DNA from: Octopus sinensis
Taxonomy: Eukaryota
NCBI RefSeq assembly: GCF_006345805.1
Contig: NC_043002.1
Coordinates: forward strand, 31,930,001-31,994,000
Direction: 5' to 3'
DNA: 64,000 nt
A program made the position numbers and the translations under genes. Within the stretch, counting starts at the first letter, position 1. Every line of letters begins with the position of its first letter. Shown piece by piece: positions 51,133-64,000 of the stretch. The notes below the pieces were generated by a model. The model did no database searches and was not told where the DNA came from. It was given only the letters and a program-made list of their open reading frames with translations.

Positions 51133-51558
51133 TATAGGTATATATGCCATATTTCATATAGATGTATGTATGCATGTATATATAAAGATATATATGTATA
51201 TATATATACATATACATATATATATATATGCATGTCTATATGTGTAGGCAAATATATGTATTTACATGTGTATGTGTGTATGTTTATGTGTATATATATA
51301 TATAATGATGAACAAGCATCTACGTGTTCGATATACTTATATGCATGCGTACACATGTGTACATTCAATGCCTAATACACACACCCACACACACACACAC
51401 ACAAGCATATGTACTTTATTTTGAATAAGCAGATACACTGGTGCATAAGTCTACTAATTGATTGTGGCTGAACGCATATGAATATTTGTTTAAAGTTATT
51501 CAGTTTAAGAACAAAGATCTCAATTTCCTGTAGTTTTAATGCTATTTTTTTGCCGTCA

Positions 51559-51614
<56 letters not shown>

Positions 51615-52054
51615 ATATATATGCATACATACATACATGCATACACACACGTATATTGTGTGAGTCAAAGTATGCTTGTATGAGTACATACTATTGTATG
51701 TATATACATATACGTATATATTCATTTACACATGCACTCACCGTAACACATAGACTCGCAAGATACACATACTTTGTGTGGTTTCGTACGCGTGTCTATA
51801 TGTGCATGTGCCTGAGTATGTTCGTCTATACATATATTCTATTTTAACTAATTCTAATTTTACTCCGTCATTCTTTTGTATGCGGCGAGAAAAATAATTA
51901 AATCCATAAGATTTGTAATATTAAATAGTCTGTTGTTTAAACAGGCATGTCGGAAACTTGTGACGATATATACTTTTTCAGTTTATATTTTACTAATTTC
52001 TACTTTTCATTATTTTAATTATCGTTACTGAGTTTAGTGTTATTGACGTAGTGG

Positions 52055-52335
<281 letters not shown>

Positions 52336-52727
52336 GTCGTTCTTGATGTTGTTATTTTTATCGTATTCTCCGTTGTTATGTGTATGTTTTCTACTTGTTT
52401 TACATGTACTGCCTTTGTCTTGAATATTTATCTTCAGTTTTCTGCTGGGAGCGTGACCTGTTGTGGAAATATCCGTTCCATTTTTGCTTATTTCTTGTAT
52501 TTTGCTCTCCCCTGTGGCTTCCTCACGTCTGTTTGTCGATATAATCATCTTCAATTTTCTGTTTCTGTATGTATATAAATCATTCCTCCTTTGTCAATAA
52601 CACTTTCGAATCTATCTATCTATCTTTCTATCTATTTCTCTGTCTGTCTACTTATATAAATACATATATTTTTGTTTATCTGTGTATATGCTCATATACA
52701 GACACATATACATATTTATATGTGTGT

Positions 52728-52760
<33 letters not shown>

Positions 52761-52988
52761 CCTATATATATATATATATATATATTGTGTGTGTGTATGT
52801 GTGTGTCTGCCTGTGAAGATATACATCAGTCATTTAGCATTTAATTATAGAATTACTCAATTCTTTTAGCAGTATACATATATATTAAACTTTTACAAAG
52901 TAAAGTTTCAGTGCCAATATTCGAATAGCTATTCCGCGTCAAAATATGAGGAATGGAAGTGAGCCGAAACTTCTTAGTCACTATGAAG

Positions 52989-53075
<87 letters not shown>

Positions 53076-53559
53076 TCTCTCTCGCTCTCCGAATGCGGTG
53101 CAGACTGCAAGCTACTCTTCACGCCATGAATACCTTGAATATATGAAATTTTGATCGCATCCCCTGCGAGTTAACACGGGATCTCCTAACGACAAAACAG
53201 ATTTCATATAATCCAGGTGCTCTTGACCTGAAGAATAGCTTGCGGTCTACCCCTCGTTTGGATAATTTGCTACTTCCGTGGTTCCGCAAGCTATGAAACA
53301 TATGTAGCCTCAATTTTATTTCTACCATCTCTTAATTGTTGGTTGTGTAATCGTATATACAAGGACCCCTATTGCTAACCGTCTACTATAAAATTAACTT
53401 TTTCCAGCTTATCGTACTGTGATACGGGAAAAATTTACAACATTCTGCGCCTATAAACCACTGTTGTTTCTGAAAGATGTTTTTTATATCCTCTACAGAT
53501 TGGTTGAAACTCACTAACTTCTTATATTTTGATGCTTGAATCTTATCTTTACATATCTA

Positions 53560-54071
53560 TTGGAGACAAACACCTTGTTCTCTGGTCAATCTCTCATCAA
53601 CTTCTTCAAGTATCACTTGAAAGGGAAGGTGAGAGTAGAGAGGCAAGTTTTGTCTTGCGAATGTTTAAAACAAAGATGGGTGAATGTAGCAAGCCACCTT
53701 GAGCATAATCCTATGAACCCTGAAAAATTTAAAACACAGGATTACCTACTTGCAAACAAATGTGTTAACAGGTGACACTATTGACCGAGGTTACCATGGT
53801 CTTTTCCATAGGCTTTTTTCTTTCCACGGATAAACCCTATCTGCTTCCCTCTTTACAGTTTACATCATGAAATTTCTGTGATACACGATCCCTATCGATC
53901 GTTTGTCTTTTTTCTTTTTCGTTTTTTTCTTTTGTTTCCTTTTTTCTTTCCCTTCTACGATCCCTTTTGATCGAAAACCTACTCCACTTTTTTTCTTTTC
54001 TCCCCATAAAGAAAAGCTCTACTTTATAATCTGTCCCGCCTGTGTGCACCCCTGTATGGCTAATAAAGAAA
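53560..54071 (+). mobile_element. Tx1/L1-like LINE 3' end with AATAAA
   Basis: TNTLFSGQSLINFFKYHLKGKVRVERQVLSCECLKQRWVNVA, pyrimidine-rich UTR, ...cccctgtatggctaataaagaaa. Confidence 0.68.
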
Positions 54072-54180
54072 CATATCTATCTATCAATCTGTATATATAT
54101 ATATTTATCTATTTATCTATCTATCTTTCTGTTTATCTCTCAATTCTCTCTCTCTCTGTCTCTCTCAATCTCTCTCTCTC

Positions 54181-54232
<52 letters not shown>

Positions 54233-54238
54233 ATATAT

Positions 54239-54273
<35 letters not shown>

Positions 54274-55278
54274 CAATTCATTTCACTTCATGAATATATA
54301 ATTGCTATGATGATGTCTGCGATTGAAAAGGGAAGATTACAATGAATCATGCATGCATGCATACACACATACGTGTTTGTGCGCGTGTGTGTGTTTGTAT
54401 ACCCACAATATTTACTAAATCACTGCCATTATATTATCTGAATTATGCAAATCTCCGCAGTATACTTTCTCTTGGCATAACTCCATGAAATATGTGCTTA
54501 GCTCATGTAGAGCGGTCAGATTATGGATCATAAACTTATAAACTTTGAAATAGCTTGGGGTGGTCTCTGAGGTCACGCATGTTACTCGACTAAGCAGCTA
54601 TACATTCTCATATCTCAATGTTTATCAAGTTAATACTTTGTAAAATGTGTAAGATAAATTGGTTATTATATTCCTTAATTCATTATATCTGAATCAAAGT
54701 TGTTATAGGGAGAACTAGGATGTCTCTTTTGTGACATCAAGATGTGCTATTTAGTTTTGAGATGGCCGATGAAGAACAACAAGATGCACAGTAATAATAA
54801 TAAACTTGACAACAAAAACACAACAATAAAAATAAATGAAGAACTTTATAAGCTACGGATGCATTGCTTTTAACGATGAGATATTATAAACGTCTGTATA
54901 AGTTTTAAAACACTTTCCTCTGTAAACACGTGTATTACAAACTTAAAATATTTCAGCAGAAAGAATGAGCGTAGCTTAAAATAAAAAAATAAATAAGCAT
55001 CGGCAAGATGGTTTGCAGAGCAACGAACCGCATAAAATATTTTCTGAGGCTTTATTTAAGGACCATGTAATGTATTTTTTATATATTCAACTCTAAATTG
55101 TCTTGAAATTAGATTACAGGTTGCAAGAACGTTTTTCCATTTCTGAATTTGTTTGTTTATGCTGCTAGATGAACCCTGTTCATTAACTAGCATTTTGAAC
55201 GTACCCACTGTTTTCGATTTGGAGACACAGTAAACAGCAAACTACACAAATATATAAAAGAAATTATAATCTTCTCTA

Positions 55279-55715
55279 CTATTGGGAAAAGCCTGAGATA
55301 TTTTGAAGATGTGTAAGCCGATTTCATCGACTCTAGTGCTCAAATAGTATGTATTTCATCGACCTGGAAGTCGTACTCGGTTAAACTTGAGCTCAAAGGG
55401 AAAGATAGTCGAAATGCTGTTAAGATTTTGTCCGGTATGCTAACGATTCTGAGAGCTCGCCGTCTTTATGGAAGAAATGTTTTCTATTATTGCCACAAGG
55501 CGTAGAATTTTATTTTATTTATTCATTTTTTTTTTTTTTGGCGTGGTGTATGTCATTTATACCGTCTCCAGTGCTTCATTGGTACCTATTTCATCGACCC
55601 CGAATCGATTAAAGGCAAAGTCGACCTCAGCAGAATTAGAACTCAGGACGCAAAAGACAGACGAAATGCCGATAAATAGTTTGTACGGCGTGCTAGTGAT
55701 TCTTGTAGACCTCTG
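55279..55715 (-). mobile_element. Two degenerate head-to-tail family-A SINEs
   Basis: gctaacgattctgagagctcgcc and atcgaccccgaatcgattaaaggcaaagtcgacctc. Confidence 0.72.
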
Positions 55716-57538
55716 CTTTTGCAAAAGAGGTAATATTTTTGTGCTGTAGGCACACGGTCTGAATTTTATAAAATGAATAATAAACTAAACAAAAATGCTT
55801 GTGAAGCCTATATTTTAGCATTACGAAGGCTGATTTTTCTAAAACTAAACTCTAGAGGGGAAAAAAACATGTACAAAAGAACCAACAAAGAGCAATATAT
55901 GGTGTGGCCATATTCTATGACAGCGTGAGTACAAACTATATATTTGTAAAAGACTAAGGTCATGTTGTTACTGTGACTGCAAAATACTCGTATTATACGC
56001 ATTCCACAGAATTATTAGATCATCAATAAATAGCATTGGATTTACGTTCTACTTTTGACAGCATTCAGCTGTCATTCTTTGAGACAAACGATAAACATGA
56101 TGCTACCAGCTTGTTGGAAACAGAATGATCTCAAATGTTCTCGGCATTCACACTTATTATTCAGTAAAATAAGCATATTTAACAGTTCCTGAATGCTTTC
56201 AACGGAATCATTTTAAGGCTAAAGATTTGGTGAAACAAAATTCATCGATTCAGAGCAAAACCTTTAGGGTCATCATATACACTGCATTATTAGAAGGTGG
56301 ATTTATGAATCGTTTTAGTGAGTTGGGATTTGTATGATGTTTATCTGCGTACGCAAACTACACACGGCTCTATGAGAGGAAAGTAGTTCAAAATATTATT
56401 GTCCATTCCTTCAGACTTTGCTTATAACCATTCAAATCACAAATAGTAAATTCGATTCACCAAATATACAGACCGAATCTGTATGCGTGCAATATGTATC
56501 ACACACATACATACAGACACACGTGTATACAAATGCACATATGTATATATACACATAAATATATGTATGTCTCTCTCCCTCTCTCTCTCTATTATATATA
56601 TATATATATATAATATATATATACATATATATATAATACATACATATATATATACTATACGTAGCTGGACGAAACTTCGAGGTCACTGTCAACAACATGC
56701 TTGTATAATAATAAAAATGGTGTACTCTACAAAAGAATAGGGTAAACCCATCAGATTAATGTAAAATTATTTTTATAAACGAACATAAAAACAAAGATTA
56801 ATATATGTATGTGTGTGTGTGTGTATATATATATGTATATATATATATACATACATAGAAACATATACGTGCATACATATATATATATATATATATATGA
56901 GTGTGATGTATATGTGTATCCAGAAAGCCAAAGTGAAAGTGGGGAAAGAGAAGCTGAGAGACAGAGACAGAGAGAGAGATAGACAAATCTATTTAAAAGG
57001 TATATTATGTACGAGAGCTAAAGTGGAATGTATGGACATGTCAGTCCATTTATTTAAGTCAGTACTGGTCTTGGATAGATTTTCAAGTAGTCAATTGACC
57101 ATTAGATATGGCCTGGCGTTAATAGTTATAGAATGGCGGAAACTTTTGACCAAGCAATTTACAGAGTTAGTCTTTCCTCTTCTATTACATTCTCCCTTTT
57201 CAATTTTCTTTCTCCTCTCTCTTTCACTCACTCTCCTAGTATAATTTTTACTCTTTTTGTTTCTTTTCCGTTTATTATTTCATTAAATTTTTTTCCTTCT
57301 AAATAATGTCTCTTTATTACTCATCCTCTTCGCTTTTCACACACATACATACACTCACAAATGCGCACATATGCACATACATACCCACACTTTTCTCTTA
57401 GTGTCTCTTTCTTTCTTCCTTTCTTTCTTTCCTTCTTTGCTTCTTTATTTATTTATTTCTTTCTCTATCTTCATTCTCCCTTCACTTTTCATTCGTACAT
57501 ACACACAATTACAAATATATTTGCGCACATATTTATCG

Positions 57539-57586
<48 letters not shown>

Positions 57587-57680
57587 CTCTCTCCATATAT
57601 ATATATATATATATAGAGGCACTCAAGAATACCCATAAATACATTTATATGTAGGTATATACGTGAACACACACACACAC

Positions 57681-57724
<44 letters not shown>

Positions 57725-58144
57725 ATATAATATATATATAAACATGTGGTCTGTGTCAACATATATTTGTATACATTTATGAGTTTCTTTCGTATAAATA
57801 TCTGAATCTTTCTTCTCTCTCTCTCCTCTTCCTCTCTCTCTTCTGTATATAATATAATATATATATATATATATCTATATATTTATATACACATACACGC
57901 ACATGCACACACCCACACACACACACAGGCATATATATACATATATATCGCAACTACTTAGTTATCCTTTTCCTCTAATTCTCTCTTTCTGTCTCTCTTC
58001 CACCCTCTCTTTATCTTTTCTCTCTCTCTCTCTCTCTCTCCCTCTGTTCCTCTCTATTCCTTCCTCAATTTTTCTTTTTCTCTGATTCCCTCTCTTCTTA
58101 TTCTGAGCTACTTCTCGCAGAGAAACCTCCTACAGCCTTAGCCA

Positions 58145-59760
58145 AGAGAAATTCGTACTGTACCATCACCACCACCATGATCAGCACTATCATCATCATC
58201 ATCATCATCACCATCATCACCACCACCATCCCCACTATCACTCTCATCAGCATCATCTCACCAGTACTATCAACACCACCTTCACCATGACCAACGGCAA
58301 TTCATTTGGAATTCATTCCCCACCGACAGCTACAACAGTGACAGCACTACACCAAACTCTATCTCTACCACCACCACCACCACCACCACGAATAACAACA
58401 GGAACGGAAAATATAAGAAATATAAGAATATTAGGAAACAACACCGACAACAACCATCGACACCACCTTCTCCTTTTTCGTCTTCCTCTTTCCTCATTCT
58501 CTCTCTCTCCTCCACTGTCATCTTCTCTCCCCTTTTTTCTGTCTCCTTCTCCATCACTTCAATCCTTTTTCTTCTTTCCCTTTCCGCCTCCCCCTCCTCC
58601 TCTTCCCTTCACTTCGTCTTCGTTTTCTTCTTCTTTCTCCTCTCTCTACAACATCCACCTCCTTCTCTTCCTCCTGCTCTTCTTCCTCCTACTTTTCCTC
58701 CACTTCTTCTTCCTCCACCTCCTTTTCGTCTTCCTCTTCTTCTTCCTCCTTTCTCTTCACCATCCTCCTCCTCCTCCACATCTCTTTTCAACCCCCTCCT
58801 CCTCCTTCTCCCCCCTCCTTTGTCTGCAACTTTCTCCTCTTCTATTTCCTCTTACAACAACTACAGCAAAAAGTCCAATAAATTCACTAACGTTACCGCA
58901 ACCACCACTACCATATTCGCAAAAACTAACATCACCGCCATCACTATCACTGCCGCCATTACTACCATTTCCATCATTACTCCCACTAAAACTAACACTA
59001 CAACTACCACTACTATCGCAACCAATACTACCAATGACACCACCACCAAAATAACCATTACTTCCGCTATTACTATCAGCAGCTAAAACCACCACCGCTG
59101 TTATAACTGACACCACCACAACTACTACAAGTTATAGTACCACCACCACGAAAGCAAACACTAGCACCACCACCACGAAAGCAACACTAGCACCACCACC
59201 ACAACCACAACCACCACTACTATTAAAATTAGACCAAGCAACAACTGCAACACTATGATCAGTACTACCAATACCAAAAGTACTAAAATTCGCTAGAACT
59301 AACCTCACTACTACCAAGATCACCACCATGAGCAACACCACTACCAATACCACAACCACGACAATTGCTACAAGCACTACTACCAAAACCACGACCATCG
59401 TCACCACTACTATCACGACTAACAAGGCCACCACCAGCACCATCACCACTACCACCACCCCCACCACCACAGCTACCATCACGACCAGAACCGCCACCAC
59501 CGCAATCAACACCACCACCACGATCAACATCATCACCACCACCAACAACTACAACAATACTACCAATATCAACACCACCGCCACCAACACCACGACAACT
59601 ACCACCAACACCGCTACCATTAGCACCGTCGTCACCACCGTCACCGTCACCGTCACCAGCAAGACCAACACACCGACGTCGCCACGACCAACACTGCCAC
59701 CATCAGAACCACCACCACTACTACTACCACCACCATTAACACCGCTACCAACACTAAACG
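58145..59760. repeat. Degenerate trinucleotide low-complexity block (CAC/CAT/CTC/ACT/ACC)
   Basis: Patchwork of triplet repeats; ORFs in all frames and on both strands. Confidence 0.88.
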
Positions 59761-60307
59761 TCACCTATAATAAACGATTCGTAAATAGTGATTTTCATAA
59801 AATGACCCTAAGTCAACATGGCAAACGCTATTTTGTCATGCCCAGTCCAATTAGTTGAAATTGAGCGAAAGAGCGACTCTGCCTGATGTCCAGTTACGTG
59901 AGAATTCCACACCGAAATCACAATTCCGGACAGCCACGCTAAACAAAGTTCTACACCATTGGATTAGTGGTGCCTCCCTGGAATTGGCTATGATTTATGA
60001 TTGAATAGACTATATTCACCAACACTCGTTCAGCTGTACGCCGACCATTTTAGCTGAAGTGATGAATATTGTCAATCTCTCTCCCTTCGTCTCTTTTACC
60101 CCTCTCACTTGTCTGTCTGTCTGTTTCTCTGTCTCTCACATATGTGTATGCAATTGTGCGTGTGTGTGTTTTTCTATGTGTGTGAATATATATATATGCA
60201 CACACATATAAACACAGAAAAATGCAGGCATATGTGTATATCTGAGTCTTTGTATATGTGTGTGTGTATGTGCGTGTGTTTGTATGAATTTATGCATGTA
60301 TGTATAT

Positions 60308-60353
<46 letters not shown>

Positions 60354-60884
60354 TTCTTCGTATATGTATATATGTATATTTATATGTATGTATATAAACA
60401 TTACATACAAACAATATAGATTCATACATACTTACATACTTACATACATACACACACATATAAATATATATATATATATATAAATATATGCATATATATG
60501 TATATGTATATGTATGTATGTGTGTATGTATGTATGTATGTATGTGTGTATGTAAACATTACGTACATTTGTGCTTTGTCGGTGTATGCATATCTCATCT
60601 TTTTCGCACTGACCTATCTCTACATTTCTTTCAGCATTTGACTTCCTCTCTATATCTCTCTTCATCTGTCTCACTCATTCTATTTTTTTTGTGTGTATCT
60701 TTACGTGACAAAAATAGGGAGAAGCCAATGTATATACATGCTAAGCTCTGTGTCTATTTGCTGATAGATATGTATTGGTATATGCATCCCGCAAACATCC
60801 CCCAAAGCACACTCTAATATAAAACGTATAAACACATATATTACTGTGAGATATACTCTTGCTGCACTAATGCAGCTGATGATT

Positions 60885-60932
<48 letters not shown>

Positions 60933-61011
60933 TTACTACTACTACTACTTTTACTAACTACTACTACTACTACTACTACTACTAATACTACTATAATAAT
61001 AATAAAAATAC

Positions 61012-61042
<31 letters not shown>

Positions 61043-61080
61043 TAATAATAATATAATATAATAATATAATAATAATAATA

Positions 61081-61116
<36 letters not shown>

Positions 61117-62090
61117 TCTTTCTGCTATAGACACAAGGCCTGAATTTTAGTGGGCGGGATTAGTCGGTTACATCAACCCCAATGTTTAACTGGTACTTTA
61201 TTTATCGATCCCGAAAGGATGAAAGGTGAAGTCGACCTCAGCAGAATAATAATAATGATAATGATAATGGTTTCAAATTTTGCCACAAGGGCAGCCATTT
61301 TGTTGAGAGAATGAGTCGATTACAGCAGTCCCAGTGTTTGACTGGTACTTAATTTATCGACCCCGAAAGGCAAAGTCGACCTCGATGGAATTTGATCTCA
61401 GAACGTAGCAACGGGCGAATTACTACTAAGCATTTCGCCCGGCGTGCTAACGATTCTGTCACCTCGGCGCCGATAATCTTTTCTATGATTGGAACAAGGC
61501 TTGAAATTTGCGGGGATGGAGATAGTTGATTACATTGATCCCAGAGCTTAACTAGTACCTGTTTCATCGGTCCCAAAAGAATTAAAAGCAAAATCAATAT
61601 CGATGGAATTTGAACCCAGAATGTAGAGACATGAGGCTAAGCATTTTGTCTGACGCGGTAAGAATTCTTATTTCTTTATTGCCCACAAGGGGCTAAACAT
61701 AGAGGAGGACGAACAAGGACAGACAAATGGATTAAGTCGATTATATCGACATCAGTGCGTAACTGGTACTTATTTAATCGACCTCAAAAGGATGACAAGC
61801 AAAGTCGACCTCGGCAGAATTTGAACTCAGAACGTAACGGCAGACGAAATACGGCTACGCATTTCGCCTGGCGTGCTAACGTTTCTGCCAGCTCACCGCC
61901 GCGCTGACGCATGAAGAATTCTTCCACCTCATCGCACAACGGCAGCAATTTTAGGTAAGGAGGTTTGCTGATAACATTGATCCCAGTATCCAACTGGTAT
62001 TTGTTCTGTCGACCTTGTAAACATGTAAGGCAATAGAGATTTCGGCAGAATTTAAACACATTGCTGACGATTACGCCGATTCACAGCCTT
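61117..62090 (-). mobile_element. Head-to-tail array of five family-A SINEs with three tail types
   Basis: Cores at about 61205, 61355, 61565, 61785 and 62005; the copy at 61669-61901 is the least diverged. Confidence 0.85.
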
Positions 62091-62109
62091 CTTCGTTCTT
62101 GAATCTATT

Positions 62110-62340
62110 AGACTTATAGGGACCGGTTTCCCGGTTTCCATGGCGTATGTATTTCCAACAAGGACGGGACAGGTCCGTCGCAGGATTACTCATTTTCGCC
62201 AGCTGTGTGGACTGGAGCAACGTGAAATGAAGTGCTTTGCACAAGAGAGCACACGTGTCGCCCGTCCGGGAAACGAAACCACAATCTTACGATCATGAAC
62301 CTAACACCCCTAACCACTTAACCACGCGCTTCCACTCACC
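62110..62340 (-). mobile_element. tRNA/CORE-like SINE
   Basis: ccagctgtgtggactggagcaacgtgaaatgaagtgctttg is the reverse complement of the 5520-5575 core. Confidence 0.78.
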
Positions 62341-62523
62341 GCCTTGCTATTAATGATATTAATACGGTTTTAAATGTTTGCCACAGAGCCATTAGATTCT
62401 GAGAAGAGGAAGAAATCGATTACACCTTCTCAAATAAATGGGTGGTACTTATTTTATCGAACTCGATATAAGTATGTATGGACGTGTATGCATGCATATA
62501 GACACACCCATATGTAAAGATAG

Positions 62524-62566
<43 letters not shown>

Positions 62567-64000
62567 ATTATATATATATATATATGTCTATATAAGTGTT
62601 TATACATGCATACATATATACATACATGCATATGGATATATAAGGGAAAGAGAAAGAAGCCATTTCATATTGATTATATAGTGATGCGAATTATTTGAAA
62701 CTGGAATTTCGCAACATTCTGTTCTAAGTTTTAGAAGCTGCTTTTCATCAAGATGAAAACAATTGCAAAATTTCAATTTTAAGAAGCTGATATTTGAATA
62801 TCCTAAAGAATGATAGTTGAATATAGTGAAAAATATGAATATATGCATTTTATTATATAATGTCTTATAATATTATACAACATACAGTAATGAACACACA
62901 CACACACATATACACACATACATACATACGTACATACATACATACATACATACACACACATACATACATACATACATACATACATACATACATACATACA
63001 TACATACATACATACATACATACATACATACATACATAACCGAAGTTGGTACGCCTATTGTTCTCGCAGAACACCAGAGAAAAGAATAATTTCTTTGTTA
63101 TCTCCCTTCCACCTTGAAGCATCAGCCACTTAACGCTTATTCTGCAACGCAGATGATGATGACGTCAATATTTAAGGGATACGTCATTTTATTCAGGCAG
63201 ATTTTAAAAAAAAGCAACGAAGCTACTATTGTCTTACGATCTGCGTCTATGTGACGGTTATCTCATGTATATGTATATCGTTGGATACACGCTATCCTTA
63301 TGTTATATGTAAGAGAATAACTGATTAACTATGAATTAAAAATGGAGATCTCAAACTATCACGATACCAACGATTGTTCAAGAGATATATGGCTGACAAG
63401 ATAGTAGATTAAATTGCCGATATAGTCTATATATATACATGTATATATTTAAGTTCTATATACAAGCTTGTATATATGCATGTGCAAATAAATGTGTATG
63501 ACACACACGAGGGGATATTACTATGTTTCTGGCTTTTGGGTAAAAGATAATAGAGGTGGATTAGTTAATTATGACTTTATTAAGCATGTTTCCCTTTCAG
63601 GTTCATACACTTATTGCAGCGATCCTTCAGTTTCTCTAAGCCCTGTAAAAGCCTGTAAAAATTCGGGCCTCCAACCAAGCTTTTCGCGATATTCTTAAAA
63701 CCAGGCAAGTTTCAGCACCCCTTAAATATATATATATGTATGTATATAACTATATGTATAAATGTGTGTCTCTTTTTCTGTCTCTCTATCTGTATGTATG
63801 TATGTATGTATGTATGTATGTATGTATGTATGTATGTATGTATGCATGCATGTATGTATGTATGTTAAAAATATCTTCTTGCACAAGCATTGCACGAGAA
63901 CAACAGTGATTGATTGATTAAATTGATTAACTAATTCATGATTGTTGATGGTGCTGTGAGTCTCAACTGAATGGCTGGCTGTAGCCTTAAAAAACAAAAA

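Noticed and set aside
58287-59858. Mucin- or extensin-like Thr/Pro-rich ORFs (176-255 aa)
   Set aside because: Patchwork of shifting triplet repeats open in several frames; no signal peptide or splice structure identified.

Overview
AT-rich, repeat-saturated eukaryotic DNA with no host protein-coding gene I can support, so probably intronic or intergenic. The SINE families and the (TA)n/(TG)n/(AAT)n/(ATCT)n load point to a cephalopod, most likely Octopus (inference). Almost all ORFs in the supplied track are microsatellite artefacts. The real content is mobile DNA: (1) two (AAT)n landing pads stacked with R4/Dong-type RLE-endonuclease LINE 3' ends; (2) Tx1/L1-like ORF1, ORF2-start and 3'-end fragments; (3) RTE and CR1-type RT fragments; (4) Tc1 and mariner remnants and MITEs; (5) more than 25 tRNA-derived SINE copies of at least three families; (6) a Penelope-like (PLE) layer with an RT remnant, a GIY-YIG C-terminus between 283-bp inverted repeats, and several hammerhead-ribozyme-like motifs. 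The most interesting signals are a head-to-head pair of tRNA-headed short elements carrying a minimal hammerhead (21.2-21.7 kb), six fold-back structures within 38.0-42.3 kb, and a SINE subfamily whose 3' tail matches the 3' end of a Tx1/L1-like LINE. All alignments and translations were done by eye, so element boundaries are approximate to about 10-30 bp unless a motif is quoted.
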